From the NCBI GenBank assembly GCA_973851085.1, contig OZ316775.1, positions 7,626,001-7,690,000 on the forward strand: DNA of 64,000 nucleotides, written 5' to 3'. This document shows, in pieces, positions 24,355 through 38,587 of this stretch; the first letter of the stretch is position 1; each line of letters starts with the position of its first letter. Source of the DNA: Ptychomitrium polyphyllum (taxonomy: Eukaryota). Under the pieces are notes generated by a model. It made no database searches. It was not told the origin of the DNA and saw only the letters and a list, made by a program, of their open reading frames with translations. A program made the translations under genes and the position numbers.

Positions 24355-27300
24355 CGCAATCTGATGAACGTACTGCACCACCACCACCACCAACACCAAC
24401 ATAACGAGATTTTAGAATAATTCAGAGCTAACTCACCGTTTGCTGGTCCAATTCTACAAGAGTTCCAGAATTGAATCTCTCCCCCAGGCATATCAATGAC
24501 TAAATTCTTACTTTCTTGCGGAAGTCGTTAACATACAGAACCTCCGGAAGAGAACATAAACTACCTAGCTCAGGATGCGAAGAGGAAGGAGAAAGTGTAC
24601 TATCACTTATTAATTTTATGAGAGGTACCCCAATTGTTGGAGCACAATTCATGATTCAAATGATCGGATGTTGAAGTAGAAAACCATGGCACATCGGGTG
24701 AGTGGCTCTATGGAATATGATGCCCTAATGAATCTTAAGAGACCTCTAGAACCAAGTAGCTGAACTTTTATTACCAGCACAGGAGGCGGATAACATGCAA
24801 CTTCACCTAAGCTTGCATTAGAAATGTGAATCGGTCTGCTAAGTTACCTTCTCACAGCCTGCTAAAAGAGCGAGCTAGAGCTAGAGCTAAAATCTTTCAT
24901 TTGATCCCAGTTCAATATGACAATTTGATGCTGCTCATAAATTTCTGTGTCGCTTGAAAAGGGCGAGTTGAGGAAACACTACACGTACCTTCAAGTTGTA
25001 GAGGAAATTAGGTACAGTGGGGGGAAATCAGTTTAGTGCAGCTGCTCCAGAACACCATCGACTTGCAGGTCGAAAATTGAGGTGCAAGATTCATCTCCAT
25101 ATCTCGCACACCAGATTCAAGAATACCGTCGACTTCCCTGAATAGAAGCATACCATTCAACTTGATAAGAACAGCAACTAACATGATAAACTCCAGTACA
25201 ATCGGCACAATGCCCCCGGCAAGAACGGGAGGAATAGTTTTACATAGTTGTTATTCTAAACGAATAGTCTCTGATTCTTCTTGAATCCCCGTATTCAGCA
25301 AGTAAGGAAGGAGTTTTTCCATCTCGACCTGAATACCTGAATGCACCAACTCTGGACACGTGAATTCTGGGAAGAAGTTCGAAACCTCCACAGTTCAAAT
25401 TGAAATTAACAACTACACAAGGTTTACTACACGAGATTCTTGTACATAGCCAGGTCCAGAAACGCCAAAAAAAGTTTGTGAATGTTGGGGCGAGGTTAGA
25501 TAAAGACGTACAGAAACATTTATATTGGACGCTCGGCAGTTGAGAACCTAGAAATCTCTGACATTTGTATCTCTCCAACGCAGCATCACTTCGACAATCG
25601 ATCTAGAGCGAGGGCGCTAGCAACTCAGCACAGAAACTAATCCCAAGACTGGGATCCTCGACAGAAATCCCACGCCCTAACATGTTCGGAAATCCAATGC
25701 GTGGTCGAGCCCCACGCGTGAGAAACGGCCGTCAAACGCGAATTTCTCGTAAACTAAAACCTCTCGCGTCTAGAATCCGCTGCCTCGAACTTGTGCGATC
25801 AAGACCTAAAATATAGCGGTCGGCAAATCAACTCAGAAGAATAATGGTCTTTTAACGAAACTCTAATCTGAAATACCCAGAATGCACCAAAAGTCGAGCG
25901 CACACAATGACAACAGATTCACGCACACGCCTCAAAACCTTCGAACGACCACCACGCAGTGATCACTCGCACAACGAGCTACTAGAAGCCTTGAAGTGAA
26001 TGAATGGACTAATAGCCCTACCTGCAACAAGGAAACTGGATTCCCAAATCCTCCACCTCCACGCACCCCCGCGTACTGTCACTACCATTGCGCCCACTGG
26101 TTGAATCCCTCCTTTCCATTCATCACCACGAAAGCCGGCCACCGAAATCGCTTCGGCAACCCGAACGGTAGAACCCGACATGCACTAGATTCACTGACTT
26201 ATCCTACCAGTGGGCGCCGTAGGCTAGAACCGGATCTACATGCACCAGCGCACCTGATCGACACAGTGCAGCGTGGGCACACTCCAGTTGAGAAATCGCT
26301 CCTGCAAATCCAGCGATTGCAGCAAGGTTGCGACAGCATATGCGGCCCGCGAGACAGGGCATCGCAGCCTGCTTCGGAGGATCGCGCACTGAAGATTCGT
26401 CGTGAGCTTGCGAGCGCAGGCCGACGCCTCGCAGATGCAGTACAGAGCCGGACAGCCTGCCCGCAGTGCAGGTGCACCCCGTGCTTGCCGGGAGAGTGGG
26501 GCCCGGTAGCGGGCACCGCATCGGGGAAGGGGTCGCACTACTAGTGAGTTGAGCTGGGGGGATTGCTGTTCCCACCTGGCTGTGGGGATCCCCGGAGCTT
26601 GGTGATGATGGGTGGGGAGTGTGGTTCTCGTCCAGTGGCCTTTACGCCAATCGTCGGCAGCCGTACGGTGAGTTGCGGAACTTTTAACTGGACTTTGGGG
26701 TGCCATTGGAATTTCGTACGTTACTTTCGCTTTGTCCGTGGATCAACTTGACTTTCCTGAGGGGAGGACTTCGAGATTCAGCATTTTTGGCAGCCAGATA
26801 CTCCTGTGACCCAAATTTCGAAACCTAGGAAACATTTGGGAGCTTAGTCGAAATTTTTGAATCTTGGTGGAGACTGAGTGGAAACTTGTAGTATTTCTAT
26901 CTTTTGTTTAATACATTTTTGGTGGTGAGATGAATATTCAAAAATTTATAGTAACTGTAAAAGGAATTGGGAAGGGATAAAAATAAAGAAAACATATAAT
27001 CTGCATACATTTGTTAGGTGCGCACCAACAGGAGAGGACCAGATGTGACACAAAACCTCTAGATGTGTCAATTTGGAAAAAGATGTCCAGTTGTATCTAC
27101 CAATTAAAGACAGAGACAAAGCCTCCATTTGCATTGTAATTAAATATCATTTAGAGTTTTTTACTAATTTTTTCAAGGTCAATTTAGCCTCGAAATTATG
27201 ATACTTATAAGAATTTTATAGCCATCTCTGTATACAATACCAAAAAGAATTAAAAGAAAGCTAATTGCACCATCTAGATTTTTTTTGTTTGGTTTCAAAG

Positions 27301-30300
27301 TCTATCATTGCATTTATTTTTAAAAAAACTAGATGATGAGGTGAATCTAAAATTCGAAATTATGAAAATAAATGATGAAATTTTCATTTGACACATTCAA
27401 AAAAACAAAAGCAACACAATCCAATAAAACTTGTAGATTTATAAACGATAAAATATATTTGTTAACTTCCAACATCATCTAATTTTTTGATGTACATTTT
27501 TCATTAAACATTACAAATTTTTACAAGCCAACAATTCTAATAGAAGAAATAGATAATTCAAATTATGACTGTAGTTCAAAATTGGTTTAAAAGGACATTT
27601 TAGGCATTAAACTAGGTTTCAAGGATTAACTTCATTAAAGATTAATTTGAAATAGGATCTTTAGTTGTACTAATTTGAAACAAGATCTTCAATTATATTA
27701 ATCTAAAATAAGTTCTTTTATTGTATTGATTTGGATAGGATAAAACCTTTAGTTGCATTATTGTGACATAACTTATGATTTCTAATTGCTTTAACTTAAA
27801 ATTAAAAAAAACTTCTAGCTACATCAATGAAAAACATTTATTTGCATTAATTCCATAGTTGTTTTCAAATAATCCAAGACTCGAACCAATTCAATCTTAT
27901 ATTTTGTACCACCTTATTTCATTGATATATACTTGGAAATTGGTCAATTTAATTTAATATTCAATATTGCTTGAATTACAAGATGGTCATTCTATGTTGT
28001 AGTCAATAATACTTTGGGCAAGTGTTATGTTTAAACAAAATAATTCATTTCAGTTTCAAGCTAAGCACTTATAAAAATTGATGTATTTAGTTGAATTGAA
28101 AATAACATTTGATAATATAATTTCAAATTGATGATACTTGTAATGGCAACTTATGATATAAATATTTTCCAATTTAAGATTTTTTTTTTAATGATTGTTG
28201 GATTTATTAAAGCTTTTTGTAAGTTTAAATTATTTTTTTAAATTTAAATACTTAATCTACAGTAATGCGTTGAATTAGACACTTGCATTTAATAATTATT
28301 CTTTATCTTAGAAAGCCAACAAGTTTAGTCATATTGATTTTATATTTACAAATATATAAGTCATTTCAAAAAAGAAAAAATTCTTATAATATTGATAATA
28401 TGTTCTTTAAACCAATATTTTATCAAAATAATGAATCATACTTCTTTGCCTTACTCAAATTAGCCTTCATATGATAAAGAGGATGTTTTCAATTCAAAGT
28501 AACTGAGAAAGAATTTTTTTGTTTTTGAATATTTTCATATATTTTTAAAGTTCTAAAAATATTTATTATCAATTCTAAAAAGAAATTATATATATTAAAA
28601 CAATTTTTTCAATGTAAACAAAGAAAATTTAAATTATGCTTTGAAACTATACTTTTTATACCAAGTACTTTCCATATGCATTGGTGAAAAAATCAAAGAT
28701 TATATATTCTTCTCTCATACATTTCCTATCGATTTGTCAAATAGGAAACCAAACTTAATAATAGATATTGTAAGATTTGAATAATAGATTTTATAAGATT
28801 TTAATAGTAAAATCAAGTATGTTTTCTACTAGTAATACCAATTGATTTGTTTTTCAAGCAAGTTATATATGCTACAAATATCATGGTTGAAATAATTAAC
28901 ATTATGAGTATTGAATCACATAAGTTTTGATTTTGCAACCAATGCCAAAGTTCCATAAAAAAACCTTGTACAAATACAAGCATATTGTTTAATAAACTTG
29001 CAATTTAGTAATCATTATCTTATAAATTTAGTATAATGTGTCTCAATCATGATGGTTGTCAAATCGAATTTGCATGAATTGAAAGAAATTTAGGCAATCA
29101 ACATGGCATTAACAAGAGTTGTATTGTAAGATTGATAAGAAGCAAGAGTTGTAGAAGTTGTCATTTGGAATATAAAAAGCAAATTATTAAATATCAAATA
29201 TTTTCGTCAAATATAAGAATAGTTTTTTTTTATGAAAGTATTTGATATCTAATAAATTTTAGGCCCTTAGATTAAAACAATTGTTTGACTTGAATCCAAA
29301 ACATAGATTATTTTCTTCCTACTTTATTTTTCCAAAAAACAAGGTAAAATTTTGAATCATAGTTCTTGCATAAATTTCAAGTTATAATATTTTTTTGCTT
29401 ATAACCAATAAGTAATTGATTTTTTATAAGTCTAGATTAAGTTGTTGGATTTAATTTGATTCTATCTATAGCACTTTACAGTTAGTTCTTCTAGAAAAAT
29501 ATCATCTTAATTAAAGATGTGATGTATGCATAAAATTTATCAAAATAAGGAAACATTGGAAAAATAAAATTGAGGTTGATGAAGCCCTCAACTCACCTTA
29601 ACTATATTTATTCAAAACTTTTTTCAAATTATAACTATTAGCAAGTTTGTTTCTTGAAACTTTTTTTCTTACTGTTGAATTGAGGTAAAACTTTTACAAT
29701 GTATAATAGGTTTGATAATAAATCTCTCTAATTTTGCTCAATTGAAAACAAAAATAAAATATTATTCTTATTAAAAGTTAAGTACATTAGAAGCATAGAA
29801 TAGAGGTTATTAGAAGTTAATTGGGGCCATTAGCTCATAAATTAAAGTCTTGCAAATGGATGTGGATTTTTCTTTTGGAGCTTCATTTTTCAAGTGGCTA
29901 AAGACCACATTTTAAATATATTCATGGATTTTTGCCTCGTCTTTTTGATAAAAAATTAGGAAAAATTGTGTAACATCCTTTCAATTCAATGGCCATTGTA
30001 TGAACATTTTTTAAGCAAGTGGTGCATTTGGTACACTTAAATGTTTTTCAATAAAAACAAGGGCTATAATTGACACAAGAGTGCAGCTAAGAAGTCTTTG
30101 CATGTATGAAGGATCATAAATTATTGGTGTAGTTTATGCATTTATATTTAGATATGCTTCTTCCTAAATTTTGTATAATAATTAAGTTGTTATTTTTTGG
30201 TAGTAGTAATAAAACACTAAGAAAGTTATTTGGTTCATTTAGTAAACATCTAGCAAAAGAAATGTTTATGTTTTAAATTATTTATTTCAATCACTAAATA

Positions 30301-30892
30301 CTTTTAAAGCACAAGACAATAGAACTTAGCTTATATATCCATAATTCTTCTTCTTTATTTCTCCTTATCAACAATTAGCTATGAGGTTTAAGTTTTGTAC
30401 AATGTGCAAGGATGACTATATTCTTTGTCTAATTACTAAAATGCACCTTATTTTATAGAGAAAATTTTAATTTAATTGGCATAGTTTGGATCATAAAAAA
30501 TCCACATTGACAATGAAGTCATGTAGTATTAGGAATGGAATGGAAGGTACCAAAAAAATAGAAAGGATGTAATTATAATTGGACAATGAGTCAAAATTAA
30601 AAAGAATTTTGACCATAGTGAATTGTGGACCGTTAAATTTATGGAGAAAATGCTCCCATTCCAATGAAGATATGATTTCATATTTTGGACATAAGTGTCA
30701 TTCAATGAGCTGATACCATTGGTAAAATTCTAAACTTGATCAGTCATAAATGTAAGCAATGCAGGTTTCTGTTGTCTATGTAAACATTGTGAGTTCAACC
30801 CTCTTTCTTGTCTCTTGCATCCAAATTTTGCCAAAAGGGCCAGCATTGAGCTAGTAATTATATGATGAAGATCTCGAAATTGGGTCACTGAA

Positions 30893-30969
30893 GTGGGTGT
30901 AGTTCAGTAACACAATGAGAATGCCACGTTGTGGCTGTAGAGACCTGGGCTTAAATCCCAGCAGCCACA
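30893..30969 (+). pseudogene. trnH-GUG: tRNA-His(GUG) pseudogene or tRNA-derived element
   Basis: gtgggtgtagttcagtaacacaatgagaatgccacgttGTGgctgtagagacctgggcttaaatcccagcagccaca follows plant nuclear tRNA-His. The D-loop GG is lost, T-loop TCGAA has become TTAAA, and the acceptor and anticodon stems have mismatches. A T-run follows at about 31013. Confidence 0.85.
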
Positions 30970-32629
30970 GGCCGAGCCACACCTGACGGATATCCCCGTG
31001 CTTTATGAATCCTTTTTCTTTTCGGAACATTCTATTTATTGTCGCACCTGGTATCATTGTCCTTGTAGTGTCTGCGAGTTTGTTGTCCAGTGTTCTTATC
31101 CAAAATGAAAAATGTGCACAGATTGCAATAGAATATTCATTGCATGAGGTCCTATTCAAAGCGAATTTACTAACGATCAGGTGATATTGCAACCTCAGTG
31201 GTGAATATCCTTTCATAAGAAGCACTGCTGTTTTCCTCTTCCATGTTTTAACAGCAACCTCACAGAGAACACACCCAGAGAACACACTGATGTCAAAAGG
31301 CCACTAAGTATTTGTAGGTCAAGGGAGTGGTTCTTTGAAACATGCCCTGAATAGCTCGTCCACACTCCAACATGAAGACGGGAAGAGGTTACCATTTCAG
31401 CAAAGAAATCAAATCTGGGCGAGCAGGATGAAAATGACGACATTGAAGAAGATGAGGAACATCGTGATTATGATGCAGAAGGGAGGATTCATTAATATCA
31501 TGGGCTGAAGAATGCTGGTGGCAATGGTGTGGCTAATTGTGTTCGTATGGAATCATACTAGGGGGGAGAATGACGTCGCCACGTTTAGTCACGAGTAGTG
31601 GACTCTAAAGCTGATCCATACTGTGAGTTGTTGGAAAGTTTATGTGATTCAACTCGTTCAAGTCAGCGTGTAGTAAAGACAGACGCCCTTTTTTTAGAAC
31701 TGTCAGCTTCGTAACAACCATTTCATCAAGAAGACTTGCAGTACATGGAGTTTTCACTTTCATGAAAACGTACCTAAACCTTTGCAAGTGAAAACTTCGT
31801 GTCCCGCAAGGCTTCCTTTGCAAGGTAGTGCCAGAAGAAGGTAGCATTCCTTCACTGAGTTTGAAAATCCACGGACCCTTAAACAGCTGAAGAAAGAATG
31901 TCAAACCTACAAGCTATGATAACTCTGATATTTGGTAGACCCATTGATCAAGTATTGGACCTACTAAATTGAAACATGGCCACACAGTGCCTAGAAGAGT
32001 TTGCATCCGGTATTTACATGACATTATTCTCTCTCAAACCCGGTACATGTGATGTGAGCATCTCTGTTGCAGCTGTAGAAGATTAAGGTTCTACTAATCT
32101 CGTTGTATCTAGTTTTGCTGGAAGGAAGGGCCCGATCCGAGCAATTGGTTTTGCTGCACTCCTTTATTTTATCCTCTCTACTCTGTCCAAGCTTCTGAGC
32201 ACGGATTCGTTGCCATTTGGTTCATTCAGAGCAGAAAATCCACAAAATTCCTCTTAGCCTTGCTTGTAAGGACTTCGTAATTTCAAAATTCCTCGATTAG
32301 TGTCACGGCAAATCTTATCAATGGTAGGAGGTGAGTTAGCCTGGAATGAGGAGGGAAATATACTCACGAGATTAGCAGAATCTTAATCTTCCTGACCACC
32401 AATAAAGGACCTAAGGATCGACTCTTGGAAAATGGAAAAATGTGGCAAACTGGGCTGGTGAATCCTTGCACGTCGACTCGCTGGAGCTGGCTACAAGTAG
32501 GCACTGCTTGATTGTGATTTTAGGTTCAATTGAGAGTCTGAGGTCGTGTTTGTCATACTCCAAAGAAAGATATCAATAATCTTCTCAATTATAGGATTGA
32601 CTGGTCAACGGAAAAGAAATCAGAATAAC

Positions 32630-33576
32630 TCATGCAAGTCTGAAATTGTCGTTGTGTAGAGAATTCATATACCTGCTTACGTAGAGTCCTGTCACTTGAT
32701 CTGCAACAGCCCACATGATGGCTTGACCTGGGGAATACGCATCAAGCAAGGCAAATGCTTTTTCACGATGCAAACAAACCTTCGTCAGCATAGATGCCAC
32801 TGACGGCGTCCACCAACCCTTTGGATTGGACTTCATCTCCTCCGAGACCTCGCGTCTGTGCCATGAGATGGGTTTACACAACATCGAATGGGCCTGTAGC
32901 CAAAGGTCCAGCAAAACCTGCCAGGAATCCGGACACAATGGATCACCCTCCACTTTCTTCCACAGAAACTAATCACATTAATTCTTCGCTGATTTACACA
33001 GCCTGGTTAGTTCCTTTGCGTACATTAGTAGGTGCAACCCCTGCGTACAGCCCCCTCACTCTCTCCTCACCCACAATCATTGTAGCACAATGCACAGGTC
33101 TCTTGTATTTCACGAGCACTTAGCATTCTTTCCTCCGCTGCTTCAGCCAGTTTCTTACAACCTCGAACGGCATGACGATCGCCACAGCTTCCACCACGCA
33201 GGCACTGAAGCCTGCTGCGAGACGCCCCGACGAGCTGAGTTTCCCGGTCTGTGCATCTACTATTGCCGATTGGAAGAGCGCGTTGGAGCCCATGCGCAGG
33301 GTGTACTTGAACGTGAGATGGTCGCAAACGTCGTCAAGCCTCTCCACAGCGCGCGCACGCCCTCCCGCTCCACGATGCTAGACTCGCAGTGTAAGATGCC
33401 TTTGTACTCGCGATGTGCCTACAGGTCGAGTTGCAAGCGCACCTTGATCACATCTATGGGCACAAGCAGCAGACTTCTATTAGCCCCCGCGGCGACACTG
33501 ATATGGCCATGACATTGAAAGGGCTTGCGATCCCATTGGGAGTAGTGTGCGAGGGAAAATTTGAATTAGCACTCAT
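32630..33576 (-). pseudogene. SFC1: Mitochondrial succinate-fumarate carrier (SFC1-like) pseudogene
   Basis: Across shifting frames: IEVCCL, PIDVIKVRLQLD, YKGILHC, EGVRALWRGLT, HLTFKYTLRMGSNALFQ, PFEVV, GVAPTNVRKGTNQAV, SGFLAGFAGPLATGPFDVV, PGQAIMWAVADQVTGLY. At least 3 frameshifts, several in-frame stops, and a short deletion after KVEGD. Confidence 0.92.
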
Positions 33577-36500
33577 AGCGCCCACCTCTTCCCTCCCTCT
33601 CTGCAACCGATTGCGGTGGGTGAAGAGGGTTAAAATAGAATTTAAGATGATCAATCGCAACAATGATATTCAATGCAGAACTAATAGCAGAAGACAGTTA
33701 CAGAGACTGGAATGACAGAAGGAAGAGGTCCATTGAGGGTCGCACGAACTGAGTCACAGAAGAGAATTGAATTTTTTCCAATTGGTAAGTTCACTATTAT
33801 ATGTTTTCCTCTGCTGATAGCAACAACAGACACTGATTAACAGAAAGAAGAGGATCAGTATCAAGCGAAAGAAGTAAGATTATAAATGATCAACAGAATG
33901 CAACATGGGCTACACGAGACAAACAGATAGATGTGACTTGATAGTTGCCGAGTGGAAACCACTTCGTAATCTGATGAGTGATTGCTGATCAATCGTAACG
34001 TCAACAGAGACTGAACCGAAAAGAACGAAATGACCAATCGAGGACGCAAGAAGGAAATGGAACAAGTAGAGAGAGATTGGAGTGATTGATTGGTTGATTT
34101 CAAAGCAATGTGAAATTATTCGTCAGGATAGCACCGAGTTCAGTTTCGATGCCTATGAGTGCCGGCTACACTGCAGTGACGTTAACCCAATCAGTAGAAG
34201 ATTCAAGAGAAAGTTTAGATGGTTAGCATGAATGACAGCTCCCAAGCTCACCTTTTGTTCTTGAATTATGCCGGCTTGGAACGATCCTTGACTTATCTTT
34301 CCCTCATATTGCTCTGCTAATTTGGGTCACATTTTCCCACGATTGGCATCATTCACTGGATCACATGGATGAGACGGAGAGACAGTATCGTTGTCAGCGC
34401 CGATGAGACAGTACCGCTGGATTATGGCCAGTACCACTGCACAGCGGTGATGGTAAGCTAGTGCTGGAAGATGCAAGCTTAGCAGAATTCGCGAGAAGGT
34501 TGTATTTTATCATACGAACAAACAGATAGGAGGAACTGAAAAAGGTATACAATTTGAAATGTGACCGATATCAAACAGATAATCAAGTTTGGCTGCTATA
34601 ATACCATCTTGGCACCTTCACAATGAACGACCACGCATCCTGCACACAAAGAATCAGAACCAAGTCGTACTCTGTAAACGAGTCCAGGAACCGTGCTCAG
34701 GGCGCATCCGGTCAGATATTCAAACCATGACGACACCGTGTGACAAGATTTATGTTTCCATACTTCAGGAAATGCTTAACTGGCTAAATCCATCCGTGTC
34801 CGTCATACATTCATTCATGCTTTGGACATAATAATTACTAGTCAAGCATTTCTAATATCACTTTTCAAGCATTTCTAATATTATTTTCATGTGAATTTGG
34901 ATAACTTTGTTGAACTTTTTTGAAAATTGTTTTTTGAAAAGTGGCTAATTCATCCAAAAATTTCCTTCAAATATGATGTTGTTTGCTTCTTGGTTAATTG
35001 CGTCCATTTGTTACAAGGCCACTTTTAAAAGAAACAATATCTTTAATTGTGACTTGGCAATTGATGATGATCTACTATTAATAAATAAAAAAGGATTTAT
35101 TAAATTGCATCCATTAGAATTATTTTATCTAAATTGAAAATTGAAGATTGTAGGGTGCCCAATAAATTTGCTAAAGTGTATTATAACAAGGTCATGTGTA
35201 TAAATTAAACAACAGCAAACAACTAAAACAAACCACCACAAAACAATCACTTCCTGGAAACTGCAATTACTCTTAAGAAAAACATAGATTGAACCAACTA
35301 CCCGAAATAAATAAGGCACTGTGAAAGATCAAAACAAGTAGACTTGGTGACCGGACCTCTGCACAATATTGTGGTTTTGGGGGTTTTGGGGGGGGCCATG
35401 CAAGTTTCGAGGTAGCATGAATAAAATGTCATCATTGCCGCCGCCATAGTAGAGGGTGTAGAAGTCTTAAGGCCCAGCAAAGATTCCGGGACAGTGCAGC
35501 ATTAGATTTCAACATAGCCTCTTTGAAAATGGATTGAACACACAATCACCAGTACAGCCCAATTGGTATAATAGAATAACTTTTTCTTGAAGATTACATC
35601 CAGGCTTCAGCATAGACTTGTCAAGTTATGAGGGTGAGCAGCAATCTACAGCTTAGATACCACATCCGTAATTGCATCAACAATTCATTTGATTAGTTCA
35701 ATAGCACTAAAAAAATCAACAAGAGCAAGATATGTATATTCAGCCTTACCCAAGGCTGATACGGGTAGGTGGATGGTATACACTTGTCATGATCAATTCT
35801 TGTCAAACTTAGACAGTCGAAGCAGGAACAAGAAGGTGCACTTAGAGGACTTGCAACATAAAATAACTTCTCATGGTCTGGGTTTACAGCCTTGCAACTA
35901 GTGGAACTATGAACCAAATAAAAGTCATAACAATGACAATTAGTGAATTCATATTCCATCAACGAAAATAAATCTAATAAAGTAACAATAATGAGCAGTA
36001 AATATTTAGCAATGTGTTCTAAAATTATGAATAATTTTGGTTCCTGAAGGTGGCCACTGGAAACGAAGTATATGTGTGTTCCATCCTTAAACTTGTGTCC
36101 ACAAGACATAGAAAAACAATATAAAACTATTTCTTTCAATTGAAAATAGATACTTTTTACCAATAACTAGTAAATAAGAAACTAAAGACTATTGTTAGTA
36201 AAAGTTGGTTTTAATAGAAAATATTTCAAATAGTATCTATTTGAAAATTTTGGAAATTCTTACATGTTTTTTGAATCAATAGAAAACACTTAAAGATATA
36301 ATTTCAAGTTAGAAGTGCATATAATGGCACTTTGTGACATAGATAATAAACTTTGAATTATTACAACAAATTGCTACAATTCTATTGAAGTATTTTTCAA
36401 ATGTAGAATCTTGTTTTTTTGGTTTTAATTTTTATTTAATATAAATGTGTTCAAATTTATCTTACATATTATAATAAAGCTTACTTAAATACATAATTAT

Positions 36501-38218
36501 ATATAAGTACATTTGATTAGAGTAGTGGTTGCCACATCCCAAGTTCTATTATTGGTTGATTGTGAGTATGTTTCATATACATAATCCACATTCAAAGTTT
36601 TATGGACTTATATAAATAGATGAGAATATATAACGGCTTAGAATTACTACGTAAGTAATTACTTTGTCAACAAAAAATTGTTCTTACAAGCAAGCTTCTC
36701 TTCAAATCCATGATATGTACTTTAAGCATTGATTAAAAAATATTTTATATTATCTTTTTATATATAAACATTTTGAAATCAATTTATTACTTTTTATAAT
36801 GCAATTATCTTTTGTCTAAATTCTTTTTGCTAATGATAAACAAAAAAATCTAAAGAAGTGATAGGCAATTTTGGCATAATGAGTAATATGTCCACCGTGA
36901 AAAGTTATAGATTTATTGTGGTTGAATATGTGGCAAGTCATTTGCATTCTTTGAATAAGTTATAGTAGTCAAGCACATTTTAATTTTCCATCTTAATGAA
37001 AGAACTAAGTATATGCCAAGATATGCATAGGATTCATTTTAATGTAATGTTAATAGATATTGATTTTGGAATTAATGTCAGCTGTTTGATTTGTACTTTA
37101 AAAACTTTAGAATTTATTTGGGATTAATTAGAGCATCCAATAACAACACATATAAGAATATTAAGATTTATTTTAGCTCCTTTACAATGTTTATGTATCT
37201 TATATAATTGGATTGTTGTGAAGCAACCTTATTAGGTTATATATTAATGCGGCATAACTAATTTTGGAAAAATAAGCTCTAAAGCTATAACCATTGTTGC
37301 CCTGTAGAAAATGGTATTAAAAATACAATAAATAAACAAGGGTTAAGAATATCTCCTTGAATTATTTACCTTAGCGTGAAAGTTGATTAGATTAGTTTAA
37401 AACGTTTTTTGAAAGTGGAAGTATATATTTACAATATGTGATAATGTTTTTTGTAAGTGAGCAAGATTTTATGATCCTTAAAAGTCTAGCATGATATTTA
37501 GAACCAAGAGTATTTTTAAAGTCAATATATAGAATGTGTATGTATTGGTGGTAAATTTAGCAACTTTAAATGCTACAATAAGATGTTGTTTAGATGTGCA
37601 ACTTTGGCCCTAAAGCCTTTTCAATTATTATATAGAATCTAGTGTCTTTTACCATATGCTAAGTGCATGGAAGTGAGAATTTTGATAAATCATTTTGTAA
37701 ATAATGTTATTTAAGGCTATTTTTCTATTTTTTGTGAAATCTAATGGGTTCCTTTTATTTTATATTAAAATCGTTAAGCTAATATTTTAAAATTTTAATA
37801 TTTATTTTTTATTGTAATTGTAGATAAAAGATAATAATATAATTTTGCACGGTTTTAATAGCTTGGTTTTAATGTGAAATTGGAAATTTATCTAAATTAA
37901 TTTTTTTCTTCTTGTTTTCAAGGTTTTCAAGGCACATTATATATATTATGTTTATACAAAAATAGGCTTAATATATAATACATGGTTTTTTTTTTTTATC
38001 AATGATAAGTCTTTTTTTAAAATAAATATGCCAATGTGGAATGTTTTTAATTATGTCAATGACTATTCTAATAAGGTGAAATGTGGATTGGTATTTTTTA
38101 ATGGCTTTTGAAGCTTTTTAAGAAAACAATCACCTTATTGAGCAATTTTAAAGATGAATTCTTGTAAAAATGCATAAATATTGTTGAAAATTAGTTTATG
38201 CCATAGAAATTGATTTGG

Positions 38219-38587
38219 TATTATAAATACAAGAAATATGGAATTAGACAAGAATTGGTCTCAAGAATGAGCCTCCAAGGGTTTATTTGACAATAATAAT
38301 TGGTGCAAGAACTAAAACAAGGCAACATAATGGATGTATTCCATAACTTATATTGGTAAGTATTAAATATACTTTGTCTTTAATTTGTACCATGAAGTTT
38401 ATGCTTTTTAAGATACTTCTAAAAAAATTTCCTATGAAATTATAGAAAATTTTGGAGGTTTATGAAACCTTTTCTAAGAAATTTCTTGAGGAGATGGAAT
38501 CTACTATAAACTACTAGAAACTTTTAAGAATTTGCTGGAAGCTATTGAAAGTTCTTCAAGACTATGATGCAATATGTGTTAATGACA
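38219..38587 (-). mobile_element. Solo LTR, copy 3
   Basis: Reverse-complement similarity to 41437-41774 and 19719-20235. The right end is ...aatgaca (TGTCA on the minus strand), with flanks TTTGG/TTTAG. Confidence 0.8.

Noticed and set aside
24355..24402. Val-rich N-terminus MLVLVVVVVQ of the 337-aa ORF
   Set aside because: Mostly upstream of the predicted acceptor at 24361 and derived from a (GGT)n microsatellite, so probably intronic.
25963..26751. Overlapping 60-180 aa ORFs on both strands
   Set aside because: GC-rich promoter or leader of the GT25-like gene. No recognisable domain, and stop codons are scarce at this composition.
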